64,000 nucleotides of DNA from a virus. Each line of letters begins with the position of its first letter. The first letter of the stretch is position 1. The notes beneath the pieces are model-generated. The model ran no database searches. It was not told where the DNA came from and worked only from the letters and a program-made list of their open reading frames with translations. The DNA is taken from the IMG/VR virus record IMGVR_UViG_3300005805_000042. One strand, given 5' to 3'. A program made the translations under genes and the position numbers. Of this stretch, positions 35,749 through 45,950 are shown piece by piece.

Positions 35749-36330
35749 GAGTTTCCTCGAAGCATTTTGAATTTCCCTTTTGACTTTATCAATATCAAAG
35801 TCTTCACCCCTTTTTTCCATTACTTTCATAACGCCATTGATGATTTTAAGTTTTACTTCATCAGCATTTTCAACAACTCTCTCAAATGCCTTGAGTTGTT
35901 CATCTGAAGTGAATTCAATATCATACGGAGAACCAAACTTTGTGGTAATATAATCTGAACCTGAATACAAAAGGGGGGACGCACCAAACATATTGGTAAT
36001 CCCACTATCTCTTACATCTAAAAGAAATTGACGAATGAACGAGATGTCAAAATTTCTAAGAATGTATTCATTATCTTGAATGTAGGCAAACTGTTGATTA
36101 TTGCTAGTTGATTCGTTCAAAGACGGGGATTTTAATTTTTTCCACGCATCTACATTAGATAATAGAGATAATTGGCTTCCATTATCCCACATAACACTAA
36201 TAAGTAACCCATCATCTTCGAATGGGTCTCTTGTTACACTCTGAACGATACCCTTAGTACCGGGTGATAGAAATTCATTCTCCATATGATAGAGCATGAT
36301 TCTGTCTCCAGGGTTTAGTTTTTCTTTCAT
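35722..36330 (-). CDS. DUF4314-like plus DUF5049-like fusion protein
   Basis: GDRIMLYHM...VMWDNGSQL, then VRDSGITNMFG. Confidence 0.55.
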   Translation of the reverse strand: MKEKLNPGDRIMLYHMENEFLSPGTKGIVQSVTRDPFEDDGLLISVMWDNGSQLSLLSNVDAWKKLKSPSLNESTSNNQQFAYIQDNEYILRNFDISFIRQFLLDVRDSGITNMFGASPLLYSGSDYITTKFGSPYDIEFTSDEQLKAFERVVENADEVKLKIINGVMKVMEKRGEDFDIDKVKREIQNASRKLLAMYMVFF

Positions 36331-36996
36331 ATGATTATAAATACTTTAGAATGTATTTATGGAAATATGAGGTATAAACGCACCAAGATAAATGAAAGTG
36401 TATTACTTTTGGAATCACAAACATCAAGTTTGGGTAAAGACTTAATTGAAATACACGACCAAATGTCAAAAATTTTAGAAGATTGCTACCAAGTTTGGAA
36501 ACTTAACGCGAAGTTCTTGGTAACATGGGGAGCCTCGTTGGGTGGACTAATTCTACCTCTGAAAAATTGGATAGAAACAAATCATCCTGAACTTTCCTAC
36601 GAACAGGTCATACTTTTATTGTTAGGTATTGCATCTAACTTTTTTTATGATAATGAAGTGTTTATTAAAAAAGTTTTGAAAAAAATTCACCAAGAAGGGT
36701 TAGTGGACACATTTAAAAAAGTATTCAAAAAAACTAAAGACCTCAAAAAGTCGTTGGAAGAACTTTTATTGGGACTTAAAAATTTTACAATTAATATGTC
36801 TTCAATTGTAAGTTATGCCTTTATCCTTCCAATTCTTTCTGATTTGGTAAATATGGTAAACGAAGGTGATTTCGAAGAAAATATACAACTAATCACAACC
36901 CGTATTTTAGCCTCAGGAGTAGTTTTAATAAGTGGTGTCGCATTAGCCAATCTTTTGACCGAACTCTTCAAGAGTTTCCAAAAGACGAGTCTTTAA
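36331..36996 (+). CDS. membrane protein, hypothetical
   Basis: Four hydrophobic segments; likely start at 36367. Confidence 0.55.
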   Translation: MIINTLECIYGNMRYKRTKINESVLLLESQTSSLGKDLIEIHDQMSKILEDCYQVWKLNAKFLVTWGASLGGLILPLKNWIETNHPELSYEQVILLLLGIASNFFYDNEVFIKKVLKKIHQEGLVDTFKKVFKKTKDLKKSLEELLLGLKNFTINMSSIVSYAFILPILSDLVNMVNEGDFEENIQLITTRILASGVVLISGVALANLLTELFKSFQKTSL

Positions 36997-37515
36997 CTCA
37001 TTTTCATTATCAAATTCGTGGAATTTACCGTACTTGGTAAACCAACGCCCCATAACTTCAACCAATTCAGAACCACAATATTCTGACTCGAACATAAAAC
37101 CGTAGTATTGAGCCTCAATTTCATGAGGTTGGAAATAGTAGTCTTCAGTATCTACATTTTCAGCATCCCCAAATTCCATACCCCCCATTTCTTGGAACCA
37201 ATGTGTTAGTTCATGGGTAAGGACTTCACCGATATTAGAAATGGTAAAGAAATCAACAGGTTTTGAACTCAGAAGTTTAATCTTTATGGTATTCTCATCA
37301 TTGTAGTAATCACCCAAAACAATATTGTCCTGAAGGGTCTGTGTTTCTTCCCATTCAAACTCAACAATTAGGTCTTGACCGAAAAATCTGTAAGTCATAT
37401 CACCACCTGAATCTTCAGGAAGAAAAAATGACCCTGAAGAGTTGAAATGGATAACAAGTTCGATGTCATCCAAGATTTGTTTAGTAATACCAAAAAGTTG
37501 TTGTATGTCTACCAT
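36943..37515 (-). CDS. putative zincin metallopeptidase-like protein
   Basis: VLTHELTHWFQ (HExxH) and downstream PHEIEA. Confidence 0.6.
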   Translation of the reverse strand: MVDIQQLFGITKQILDDIELVIHFNSSGSFFLPEDSGGDMTYRFFGQDLIVEFEWEETQTLQDNIVLGDYYNDENTIKIKLLSSKPVDFFTISNIGEVLTHELTHWFQEMGGMEFGDAENVDTEDYYFQPHEIEAQYYGFMFESEYCGSELVEVMGRWFTKYGKFHEFDNENELKTRLLETLEEFGQKIG

Positions 37516-37937
37516 TTTACATAAATTCCAATTCCATAATAAAACTCTTCTGAGACTCTGAATATACTAACAATATCCAAATCGTTAGTCCTGTTAGATA
37601 TTGTATTTGCAATACGAGTCTTAATCCACATTTCGGGTTTTATCTGATTGGGGGGATAACTCATCCCCATGTTTTTTTGGTATCCACCGAGCATTAAACT
37701 AACATCGTTGAATAGTTTGACTTCTCCCCCAAAACGATTCACTAAGGTAAAGGGGGTAGTATAGGCGTATGGATAAGGATAACTAGTAAAGTATTGTCCT
37801 CCAACATAAAAACCGACCTTATTTACTATCTGACTGACAATAACGGAGTTATCGGTTGGGATGTACATAATGTCATTACCCCTTTGAGCTAAAAGGGGTG
37901 TTGATAGAATAGAGAAAAGAATTAGTAGTCGTTTCAT
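37509..37937 (-). CDS. secreted or outer-membrane beta-rich protein
   Basis: Signal peptide MKRLLILFSILSTPLLA; C-terminal YGIGIYVKW. Confidence 0.55.
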   Translation of the reverse strand: MKRLLILFSILSTPLLAQRGNDIMYIPTDNSVIVSQIVNKVGFYVGGQYFTSYPYPYAYTTPFTLVNRFGGEVKLFNDVSLMLGGYQKNMGMSYPPNQIKPEMWIKTRIANTISNRTNDLDIVSIFRVSEEFYYGIGIYVKW

Positions 37938-37966
37938 CGAGTGAAATGATAAAACAAAAAAGGGGA

Positions 37967-38329
37967 TTAATCAAATTCGAGAATGGAAATTTTTAGACTT
38001 CCTTCTCCTTTGATTACTCTATGCCAAACAAATTTGGGAATAAAGATTTCCTGTCCGTTTCGCATTTTGATTGGCAAGGAATCCTCCATTTGAAATCCCC
38101 AACCATTACTTTCGAGTATTGTTACCAACCTATCTTTTTCATCGGTGTGCCATTTGAGTTCTTCCTCATCTACATCAAATGAGAACACTCTTTCTAACTT
38201 TCCTTCTTTCTCCTTTTGGGAGAATGGAAAATCACCAAGAGTTCGATGAAGAGAGTCCAAGTTGTTTCGCATAACGTCCGACATTACAGCTCCAATAACC
38301 AGCCGTTGTTCTGTCTTTCTTTTGGTCAC
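37967..38329 (-). CDS. cupin-fold protein (start uncertain)
   Basis: ELKWHTD and FIPKFVWHRVIKG. Confidence 0.7.
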   Translation of the reverse strand: MTKRKTEQRLVIGAVMSDVMRNNLDSLHRTLGDFPFSQKEKEGKLERVFSFDVDEEELKWHTDEKDRLVTILESNGWGFQMEDSLPIKMRNGQEIFIPKFVWHRVIKGEGSLKISILEFD

Positions 38330-38840
38330 ACTTATGACGGGCTCTAAATGACTTGGAAGCTTTTTTGTTATTATTTCTCACTCTAAGATTTGGGTCCCCG
38401 AAGGTTACTTTTTTTACATTACCCTTATCTGATTTTACATATACGGCAAATTTCTTAGGGCCACCTGATGTTCTGAATGGTTTGTTAAGGTCAACATTTT
38501 TTCCACGGTATTCCGCTTCGTTAATTCCCTCCTCAGTATAAACAGGGGCATCAAGATAAACATATTCACCCTCGAACTCGGCGGTTTTACCAAGGTCCGA
38601 TTCCACCATTAGGGTATCTTCTTCATTAAGAGAGATAAGACCCTCTTGCCAAAGACCACGAACTTCATTAACAAGGTTAAAATACCCTTCAGAATAAACT
38701 CTGAAAACATTGTCGGTTAAAGACAACTTGTTATCAATATGATATTGTAAATGGTCAGAGACTTCAACTTCTTCTTTTAAAACCAAAGTTGGGTTCTCCA
38801 AGTTTTCAACATATTCCAAAAGTATATCCTTGATGTTCAT
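38232..38840 (-). CDS. DUF6321-like phage protein
   Basis: KKFAVYVK, VKKVTFGDP, SFRARHKC and YWSC; upstream TATTTAT. Confidence 0.65.
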   Translation of the reverse strand: MNIKDILLEYVENLENPTLVLKEEVEVSDHLQYHIDNKLSLTDNVFRVYSEGYFNLVNEVRGLWQEGLISLNEEDTLMVESDLGKTAEFEGEYVYLDAPVYTEEGINEAEYRGKNVDLNKPFRTSGGPKKFAVYVKSDKGNVKKVTFGDPNLRVRNNNKKASKSFRARHKCDQKKDRTTAGYWSCNVGRYAKQLGLSSSNSW

Positions 38841-38910
38841 AATAATATTTTAATGATAAATACTTTCATATTTATTTGTAGGGTAGATATTCATTCACTA
38901 CTTTTGATTT

Positions 38911-39117
38911 ATGGAAAATACTTTTGACAAAGAATATCAGTGGGTAGAAAAAATTGTGGACTCCTCACAAAATCACCAACAATTGGATTGTTCGAGGAAT
39001 TGTTTTACTAATTTTCTGAACAAACACAAACCCAAACTCGACAAGAACCCCCAACTATACCAAAGTCTTTCAGAAGACTTCAACGAACTTTATTATAAGA
39101 AGTTTTTGAGTTTGTAA
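38911..39117 (+). CDS. hypothetical protein
   Basis: 68 aa ORF. Confidence 0.5.
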   Translation: MENTFDKEYQWVEKIVDSSQNHQQLDCSRNCFTNFLNKHKPKLDKNPQLYQSLSEDFNELYYKKFLSL

Positions 39118-39157
39118 AAATTTTTTGTATATTTGTATTAAACAAAATCAAAAAGTT

Positions 39158-39457
39158 ATGTTTAAACTAGACAAAGAAAAAGAACAAGAGGTGGTAATTT
39201 GGACTATCAAGACCAAAGAATACCATTTGGTGACTAATGAGGGATTAGAGTTTATTGTTAGGCAACAAGATGCTTGGGAATGGGTCAACTACTATACGAA
39301 TTTAAGTGAAGACGGTAAATCTATTTTGAAAGAATTCAGAGAATTAAAATTTACAACACCACCGGACCCGATTATAGAGTTCTTTGATAACATCGATGAA
39401 CATCTCAACACCTACGATTTGGAGCGTAAACCCGACACTGACATCGAAAAAAAATAA
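39158..39457 (+). CDS. hypothetical protein
   Basis: Start MFKLDK downstream of TATATTTG at 39128. Confidence 0.55.
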   Translation: MFKLDKEKEQEVVIWTIKTKEYHLVTNEGLEFIVRQQDAWEWVNYYTNLSEDGKSILKEFRELKFTTPPDPIIEFFDNIDEHLNTYDLERKPDTDIEKK

Positions 39458-39464
39458 AATAGTT

Positions 39465-39788
39465 ATGCAAAATTTTATTAATAAAAAAGTATTAGTAACC
39501 ACCCAAGGTTGGTTCTATGGTAAAGATGGACGCTCATATAAGGGGGTTCATGGAACATTAAAAGCCATTCACGAAGTGGGTAAAACACTTGGATTTATTC
39601 CCAACCGAGCTCACGCTAACTGGTTTATAGAAATTGGTGAAATGATTGTTATGGGCTGTCAAGTAATGTATATTGTAGAATGTGAAACCATACACAATGG
39701 TAATGTTATCGATTGGACAACTGAGGCTCAAAGTGAAACCGGCATAAAGGAATATGAACGCCCAACAGCCATTTATTCGGTATCTTAG
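39465..39788 (+). CDS. hypothetical protein
   Basis: Start MQNFINKK; ORF within the operon. Confidence 0.6.
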   Translation: MQNFINKKVLVTTQGWFYGKDGRSYKGVHGTLKAIHEVGKTLGFIPNRAHANWFIEIGEMIVMGCQVMYIVECETIHNGNVIDWTTEAQSETGIKEYERPTAIYSVS

Positions 39789-39829
39789 GATTACCAATAA
39801 ACTTAAACACCAAAGAAAAACAAAAAGTT

Positions 39830-40195
39830 ATGAAAAGAAAAGCTATTGATGTGAAATATCGTAAGACCTCGGAGTCCTTCCCTGAGTATTTGAAATATGA
39901 GGTCACCGTATTAAACGAAGACGGAACCACGGAAGTCATTCCTGCTTATGGTAAGGACCTCCAAGACGCATTGTCTCGGATTGTTCATGACGAAAAGGTG
40001 AAAAAGATTACCAATAAAACTCGTAAAGTATCTATGTATGTTTGGATGGCATCTTGGTTCGGTTATTTGGGGGCTTTGAGTGTGTGGTTTCAGCGTAGTG
40101 AAAACCCTGTAATTTTAATCGGTGGACTTGGATTTTCAGTATTGGCATTTGTTTTGGTGGCTATCCACCTAAGATTCCGTAACATCGAGAAGTAA
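39830..40195 (+). CDS. hypothetical protein with C-terminal TM pair
   Basis: 121 aa ORF. Confidence 0.65.
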   Translation: MKRKAIDVKYRKTSESFPEYLKYEVTVLNEDGTTEVIPAYGKDLQDALSRIVHDEKVKKITNKTRKVSMYVWMASWFGYLGALSVWFQRSENPVILIGGLGFSVLAFVLVAIHLRFRNIEK

Positions 40196-40204
40196 CTTTC
40201 AATT

Positions 40205-40777
40205 ATGGAATACAAAAAGCCGAATCCATGGCAGAGATTTCTTCTGTATTGGAAATTCAAATATCGTTACTATCCACGAAACTTTGTCAGGGGAGTTAAA
40301 AACCTAATTAAATGGGGTCCAATAATTTGGAAGGACCGTGATTGGGATGATAGTTTCTTTTTTGATATTTTGAAATTTAAAATCTCCAAAATGGCAGAAT
40401 CTCATGGTAAAACTATGCCTCATGTGGGCTCGGAGCGTAATGTGGAGATTATGAACACAATCATTCGATTAATTGATAAGTTTCAAACTGAACATTACTT
40501 ACATGAATACTTCGACTACATTGATGAAGAACATTCATTTATAAAAATCGAAGGAACGGAGTTTTTTCAGGTCAAAACAAAAAATCTCCGTGATGATTTG
40601 GATGAATATTTCGCCAAGTACCCATTGTTGAAAAAACGGGCGGTCAATCACAAGTATTACAAGGAAGAACCCAGTTATAAAAATTTGGCGATTTCTATGG
40701 GTTTTGTTCAACACGAAAAGGCAAAACGACTTATCTTTGAACTACTGAACCGTAATGTAGAAAAATGGTGGGAATAA
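40205..40777 (+). CDS. hypothetical phage protein
   Basis: 190 aa; IWKDRDWD and NVEKWWE. Confidence 0.7.
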   Translation: MEYKKPNPWQRFLLYWKFKYRYYPRNFVRGVKNLIKWGPIIWKDRDWDDSFFFDILKFKISKMAESHGKTMPHVGSERNVEIMNTIIRLIDKFQTEHYLHEYFDYIDEEHSFIKIEGTEFFQVKTKNLRDDLDEYFAKYPLLKKRAVNHKYYKEEPSYKNLAISMGFVQHEKAKRLIFELLNRNVEKWWE

Positions 40778-41478
40778 TGAAAATTACTTTTATATCCGAT
40801 ACTCATTCAAAACACAATCAGGTAACCTCGAGTCTACCTGGTGGTGATGTACTTATACACGCAGGTGATATTTCCAACAAAGGCTATCGTACAGAAATCC
40901 AAGATTTTATTAAATGGTTCTCAACTATCGAAAACTATACCCACAAGATTTTTATTGCCGGAAACCATGACTTTAGTTGTCAGGATGAAGTATTGGCCGT
41001 CCAAGAATTACTTCGTCTTAATCCTGGTTCAGAATACCTCTATGATGATATGTTCTTAATTGGTGATAAAAGTGCCGATTACGATGATATGGTAAAAGTT
41101 TGGGGTAGTCCTTGGCAACCCGAGTTTTACAATTGGGCGTTTAATCTACCAAGACAAGGTGCCGAACTCAAAGAAGTTTGGAATATGATTCCCTCAGATG
41201 TTGATATCCTAATAACTCACGGTCCGCCTTATGGACACTTAGATTATGTCACCTATTCTAAACAAAATGTAGGTTGTGAATTACTGCGAGACAGAATTGA
41301 CCTTATCAAACCAAAAATTCATGTCTTCGGACACATTCACTCAAGTTATGGATATAAATTTGACGGAACAACTCATTTCTTTAACGCAGCGGTCTTAGAT
41401 GAAAGGTATAATTTCACCCAAAAACCACTGAGCGTGGAATGGGACCCCAAAACAAATGAATTGAATTTTGTAGAATAA
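40777..41478 (+). CDS. metallophosphoesterase (calcineurin-like, MPPED/239FB type)
   Basis: ISDTH, HAGD, IAGNHD, ITHGPP and VFGHIH. Confidence 0.92.
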   Translation: MKITFISDTHSKHNQVTSSLPGGDVLIHAGDISNKGYRTEIQDFIKWFSTIENYTHKIFIAGNHDFSCQDEVLAVQELLRLNPGSEYLYDDMFLIGDKSADYDDMVKVWGSPWQPEFYNWAFNLPRQGAELKEVWNMIPSDVDILITHGPPYGHLDYVTYSKQNVGCELLRDRIDLIKPKIHVFGHIHSSYGYKFDGTTHFFNAAVLDERYNFTQKPLSVEWDPKTNELNFVE

Positions 41479-41508
41479 AAATGGGGGTCATTAACCCCCT
41501 TATTTATT

Positions 41509-41748
41509 TTACTCTTGGTCGTTACCCTTTTTACCAAAGATTTTACCCGCCTCGGCAATACCGAACGCACCTAAGGTAATGATAACAAATGAATTAAATA
41601 CTGTGTCTGAGATTACCAACTCTTGCCCAAAGATACCGGTAACGATATCCGCAACTGCAGCTAAACTCATAACTGAAAAGGACATAAATCCAACGATTGT
41701 TTTTTCGTTGTAGTCGTTTTCATCTTTAAAAATGTCTTTGAATGCCAT
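41509..41748 (-). CDS. small 2-TM protein, holin candidate
   Basis: Two TM helices and a charged C-tail. Confidence 0.5.
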   Translation of the reverse strand: MAFKDIFKDENDYNEKTIVGFMSFSVMSLAAVADIVTGIFGQELVISDTVFNSFVIITLGAFGIAEAGKIFGKKGNDQE

Positions 41749-41757
41749 AATAGATTA

Positions 41758-42096
41758 GTGTTTCCAATAAATATTTATCAAAGTCCTAAAAGTTGTTATA
41801 TTTGGTGTATGGGTGGAAGTTCCTCAAACATGGCTTATGTGGTAGAAAAACTTATTAATGCTTTAGAAAGAAAGAATATCGAACAATTCTATGGAGAGGG
41901 AACCTATCTCAAAATCAGAGATGTAATCTTTAGTCATGTCCAAAACAATTGTTTGGTGGATTGTGTCGTTATCTTGGGGAAGGACATAGAAACCACAATG
42001 TTAGACGATGATATGACAAGAATGTTGGTCTATAACATTATGGACAAATTATATGTCGATATGGTTGTGAATGTAATGGTGTCTTACGACGCCTGA
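41758..42096 (+). CDS. hypothetical protein
   Basis: ORF with uncertain start. Confidence 0.5.
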   Translation: MFPINIYQSPKSCYIWCMGGSSSNMAYVVEKLINALERKNIEQFYGEGTYLKIRDVIFSHVQNNCLVDCVVILGKDIETTMLDDDMTRMLVYNIMDKLYVDMVVNVMVSYDA

Positions 42097-42108
42097 TTAC
42101 TTCTTCAA

Positions 42109-42396
42109 TTAATTGTTATCTTTTTGAAGAAATTCTACTTTTACGGTAAGTGCGGCAACTTTTTCCGTAAGAGCTAAAATGGTTTCTCTCATTTTTTCTT
42201 TTTCTTCAGAACTTTCCCTCAATAATGCCTCGAGTTTGGCAATTCTATCCCTACAATCTTGTTTGATAAAATTATCCTCATCTCTTTTTAATTCGGCCCT
42301 ACGCTCATAAAATTTCCAAGCACTTGTGGAACCTAAAACTGTAATTGCGGTTATTAAAACCGTCCATATAGAATTCATATCCATCGATTCCATCAT
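42109..42396 (-). CDS. N-terminal TM plus coiled-coil protein
   Basis: WTVLITAITVLGS followed by a coiled coil. Confidence 0.6.
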   Translation of the reverse strand: MMESMDMNSIWTVLITAITVLGSTSAWKFYERRAELKRDEDNFIKQDCRDRIAKLEALLRESSEEKEKMRETILALTEKVAALTVKVEFLQKDNN

Positions 42397-42533
42397 CTAA
42401 TAGTATAAATACTATTAACTTGGGTAAAACTATGAATTAAATTTTTTGTTGAACCACCGAACTTCGTTCGGTTTGGTACTAAGTATTAATTCTAGTATTA
42501 TAATATATTATATTATTAATATAATTTTTTTAA

Positions 42534-42926
42534 TTAATTCTTTATAGTAGTTCTAGTGATTTTTTTCCAAACAGAATCAGAATTAAGTCTAACTGAAATA
42601 ATGTGTTCCATATTCCATTCCTCGGGGGAGATAATTGATAAAAATTCTTTTCCATCTCGACCCTTATAAATGTGGTAAGTATTACCAATTTTTGGCTCGA
42701 AATTATATTTGCAATTATAAATCCTTTCGTTTAGTTCAATAGTCTCTTGTAATATTTGAGCCTCAACCACCAAATCCTCCCATTTCCCACTAAAAAAGTC
42801 GTTTGCCTTGGTTACACCATATCTTTTAAAAGATGTGAGGTCTACGGGTTCTATTTTTGGTGAAGATAGTGATGTGGGATATTCGTAAAGTGATAATCTT
42901 TTATTAGACATATACCAAGTATACAA
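42534..42926 (-). CDS. DUF2452-like protein
   Basis: NERIYNCKYNFEPKIGNTYHIY and FLSIISPEEW. Confidence 0.65.
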   Translation of the reverse strand: MYTWYMSNKRLSLYEYPTSLSSPKIEPVDLTSFKRYGVTKANDFFSGKWEDLVVEAQILQETIELNERIYNCKYNFEPKIGNTYHIYKGRDGKEFLSIISPEEWNMEHIISVRLNSDSVWKKITRTTIKN

Positions 42927-42942
42927 AAAAAAAGGGAAGAAT

Positions 42943-43479
42943 CTATTCTCCCCCCTTTACAATTGTCAACCCATGTTTGAGAAACTCCTTCGCTCGGGGG
43001 TCAAGATAGGACAATGCGTAGACTTTTTCAATATCTTTAACCAATTCCTCACCATGTTCGTTCTCCTTATAGAGTTCGATAATTTTATCCATAGCATTAT
43101 TACACTGTTTGGTTTGTTCCTCGAAATAGTTATAAGGCTTGAACTCTTGAAGAGTGCCGTGAATTCGAGATGCGAGGTCAACACCACCATCGGTGATTTG
43201 TGGGAACAATCTCATCGTTTTTAAGACCTCAATCATATCCACTAAACCACGAACACCACCTTTTCTTAGTTTTATTCCTTCGATATAATCGTCAAATTCT
43301 TCGTTGCCGGCTAAATCGTGAATTGATTTGGTGTTTTGTGCGTTACAGAATAGTCTTTTTCCTTCTTTAGGCTCACTTTCTCTTTCTTGTGTAACCTCCA
43401 TATCCATTTGCTCAGAAATGTCGTATAAACGACGAATTTCTGATTTTTCAGATTCTGATAAAATGAATCTTTTTCCCAT
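42943..43479 (-). CDS. putative virion protein with leader MGKRFILSESEKSEIRRLY
   Basis: 178 aa ORF. Confidence 0.6.
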   Translation of the reverse strand: MGKRFILSESEKSEIRRLYDISEQMDMEVTQERESEPKEGKRLFCNAQNTKSIHDLAGNEEFDDYIEGIKLRKGGVRGLVDMIEVLKTMRLFPQITDGGVDLASRIHGTLQEFKPYNYFEEQTKQCNNAMDKIIELYKENEHGEELVKDIEKVYALSYLDPRAKEFLKHGLTIVKGGE

Positions 43480-43481
43480 GA

Positions 43482-43772
43482 TTATTTCTTAATTGATGCT
43501 GTATATCTTATTGGTTTTCCACCTTGGCCGAAGTATCTATCATTACGCGAAACAACTTCGAAAGACTTAGTTACATCGTCATAGAAAAAATCCACATTTT
43601 TTAGTATCAAATCTTGATTGAGCGATTTAATATCTTTTACTTCTTCAGAGGGAGTTTCAACCTTTTTTTTGAAACCATTCATTTCACCACCGAAAGCGAC
43701 ACCGGTCATTTGTTCATACATCTTTTGTATGTTTTCTTTTTCTTCTTGATTTACAATAAGTCTTTGTCCCAT
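43482..43772 (-). CDS. putative virion protein with leader MGQRLIVNQEEKENIQKMYEQ
   Basis: 96 aa; upstream TATTTAT. Confidence 0.6.
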   Translation of the reverse strand: MGQRLIVNQEEKENIQKMYEQMTGVAFGGEMNGFKKKVETPSEEVKDIKSLNQDLILKNVDFFYDDVTKSFEVVSRNDRYFGQGGKPIRYTASIKK

Positions 43773-43787
43773 AACAATAAATATCTA

Positions 43788-44447
43788 TTAGTTATGAATA
43801 AAATTGACTTTATCTTTAAGGGATAATTCTTTATCGGTAAATGAAAAAGGGTCGTAATTAAAATTATCGAAGTGTTTTTTGAATACTTTGTATATTTTCG
43901 AAGCGTTTTCATAACTTAATGTGTTAACTTCGAATTCCTCGTTGTTTTTTAAAAGGTGTTCATTGAATTGGAAGTTTATATTCATCAGAAAAAATAACTC
44001 GGTGAGACTTTCCTTTATGTTTTCGAATTTCAGAACAAAATCAGGTTGTCTTTTATCAATATTGTATGGGAAAATATGCTGTAATCCACTATCGGTACCT
44101 AGTAATATTTTTTCATCAACGGAAAAAATCTCTGAAACCCAATTATTCATACTTTTAATGAAATTATCCTTTGTATTAATCTTCAATTTCCAATTCGTCT
44201 CGGAAATTCGTAAATAATAATTTATTATATGATAATATGGATTTCTAACTGACATTATCACTGAATAATCCTCACATAAAGGGGGAATTTTGTCAATAAA
44301 AGATATTTTTCGTTTCGATGTGGGTATTTCAGTCCCGTCATACGATAATGTTACGAAATTTAACACCTCAAAAGCGGATGCCACCAATTTTTCCCCCATT
44401 TCGGGTTTGGTCCACCATATAACTTTATGTTCATGAGATAAATTCAT
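43788..44447 (-). CDS. sulfotransferase-like protein
   Basis: SHEHKVIWWTKPEMG, SVRNPY and DFVLKFENI. Confidence 0.6.
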   Translation of the reverse strand: MNLSHEHKVIWWTKPEMGEKLVASAFEVLNFVTLSYDGTEIPTSKRKISFIDKIPPLCEDYSVIMSVRNPYYHIINYYLRISETNWKLKINTKDNFIKSMNNWVSEIFSVDEKILLGTDSGLQHIFPYNIDKRQPDFVLKFENIKESLTELFFLMNINFQFNEHLLKNNEEFEVNTLSYENASKIYKVFKKHFDNFNYDPFSFTDKELSLKDKVNFIHN

Positions 44448-44461
44448 GAATACAAAAAAAA

Positions 44462-44653
44462 TTAATACAAGCTTCTTATTTGTTCTGAAATTTGACGGAG
44501 TTGAACCTTAAGGTGAGCAAGTTCACGAGGAGTATTTTTGTCAATGACAGTATTTTCGGTCTCAATATCCTTAATTCTCTCTTGAGTTCTTTGAAACTGG
44601 AACATCAACTTACTGTATTGTTCGGCTTTTCTTGTGTCTGAATTTAAATTCAT
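44462..44653 (-). CDS. small coiled-coil protein
   Basis: 63 aa ORF. Confidence 0.5.
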   Translation of the reverse strand: MNLNSDTRKAEQYSKLMFQFQRTQERIKDIETENTVIDKNTPRELAHLKVQLRQISEQIRSLY

Positions 44654-44835
44654 ATCTTTTTTTTTATATTATCGTAAAAATCTCAAAAATTTAAAGGATT
44701 AAACCTACAAGACATTTTTTTACCGAATTTTCTTAAAAAAAGTTTGTGTCCAATAAGACACCCACTAAAATAAGAAACTCCAACAACAGCTGAGACAAGT
44801 ATTACCCACATAAATGATTGTTTGAATAATAAATA

Positions 44836-45030
44836 TCAAATATTTCTTTTATTTTCTCTCCAATCTAACCAAAAACCGATTCCAACAATAATGTTCATAC
44901 CAAAAGACATTATTATTTCGTATAAATCTTCGTAAACATTCATTGTCAAATGTACATGACCGACAACCCAAAATGGTATTGATAGATTATTTGCAACCCA
45001 ACGAATAAAAAACTTAACGAGTTCAAACAT
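44836..45030 (-). CDS. small membrane protein
   Basis: Two hydrophobic segments. Confidence 0.6.
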   Translation of the reverse strand: MFELVKFFIRWVANNLSIPFWVVGHVHLTMNVYEDLYEIIMSFGMNIIVGIGFWLDWRENKRNI

Positions 45031-45250
45031 TTTTTTTATGTTCCCTAATCAATTCGTTAAGATAGGCTAAAATTTCAACAGAATCCCATCTGTGAAAATA
45101 TTCATCAAGACTTCTATTATTAATAGAGGGATGAGGGAGCGATTTTGCCCACCTCATCCCTTTTTGAAAGTCTTCTACGCTGTAATTAAGTTCTTCAGTC
45201 GGAACTTTTGATGTTAACTTGTAATATAATCTTTTTATTGTCATATTCAC
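45023..45250 (-). CDS. hypothetical protein
   Basis: 75 aa ORF. Confidence 0.5.
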   Translation of the reverse strand: MNMTIKRLYYKLTSKVPTEELNYSVEDFQKGMRWAKSLPHPSINNRSLDEYFHRWDSVEILAYLNELIREHKKNV

Positions 45251-45270
45251 AAGATAAACATAAGTTTAAC

Positions 45271-45882
45271 TTATTTCAAGAATCCGTAGTATTTGAATGT
45301 TTTTTCTTCTCTATCAGCCAATCCGTGAGTACCACCATTGATTCTCTTAGTAAGTGCTAAAATAGTTTCTTTTGTAACACCTTTGTCACAGATGTCCCAT
45401 AACTTATTTTTCTCAAAGAAAAACATTGCAGATTCAAATGACAATTCACCAGCAACCAAGTCAGGTTGTTCCATAATCAATGGATTCTTCAGGTAATCAG
45501 CAAATGCTTTGTAGTTTGCTTTACCTGTCAATTGAAGAGCGCCTCTACCACGATACTTCCATCCCTCACCCGATGTTTCATCACCATTACCCATTCTTGA
45601 TGCATAAACCCGATTAGCAATTTTCTCAGGGTTCCTTTGGTAAGACTCATTCAAGGTACCAGGAAAATACTTTCCAAAGATTTTTTTCAAACCATCACCA
45701 GAATAATTCAAGTTTTCTGAGAATGCTTTAAAACCTCCTGTTTCATGTGCTGTTTGAGCGAAGAAATGTGCGGCTCTTTCAGGTGTCATTTTATAATAAG
45801 CCATTGCAGCTTTTAAAGTTCCTGGACCGAAAGCTCCGTCCGCAGTTACTCCGATTTTTGTTTGTAGATTTTTTAAACTCAT
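45271..45882 (-). CDS. glycoside hydrolase family 19 endolysin with N-terminal PG-binding motif
   Basis: LQTKIGVTADGAFGPGT; HFFAQTAHETGG, ENLNY, YRGRGALQLTG and TKRINGG..GLADR. Confidence 0.92.
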   Translation of the reverse strand: MSLKNLQTKIGVTADGAFGPGTLKAAMAYYKMTPERAAHFFAQTAHETGGFKAFSENLNYSGDGLKKIFGKYFPGTLNESYQRNPEKIANRVYASRMGNGDETSGEGWKYRGRGALQLTGKANYKAFADYLKNPLIMEQPDLVAGELSFESAMFFFEKNKLWDICDKGVTKETILALTKRINGGTHGLADREEKTFKYYGFLK

Positions 45883-45950
45883 AGTGTATAATTTTACCAT
45901 AAATATCTTTAAAAATGCCACGAGTCCCAAAAATATTAGAATATAACAAA

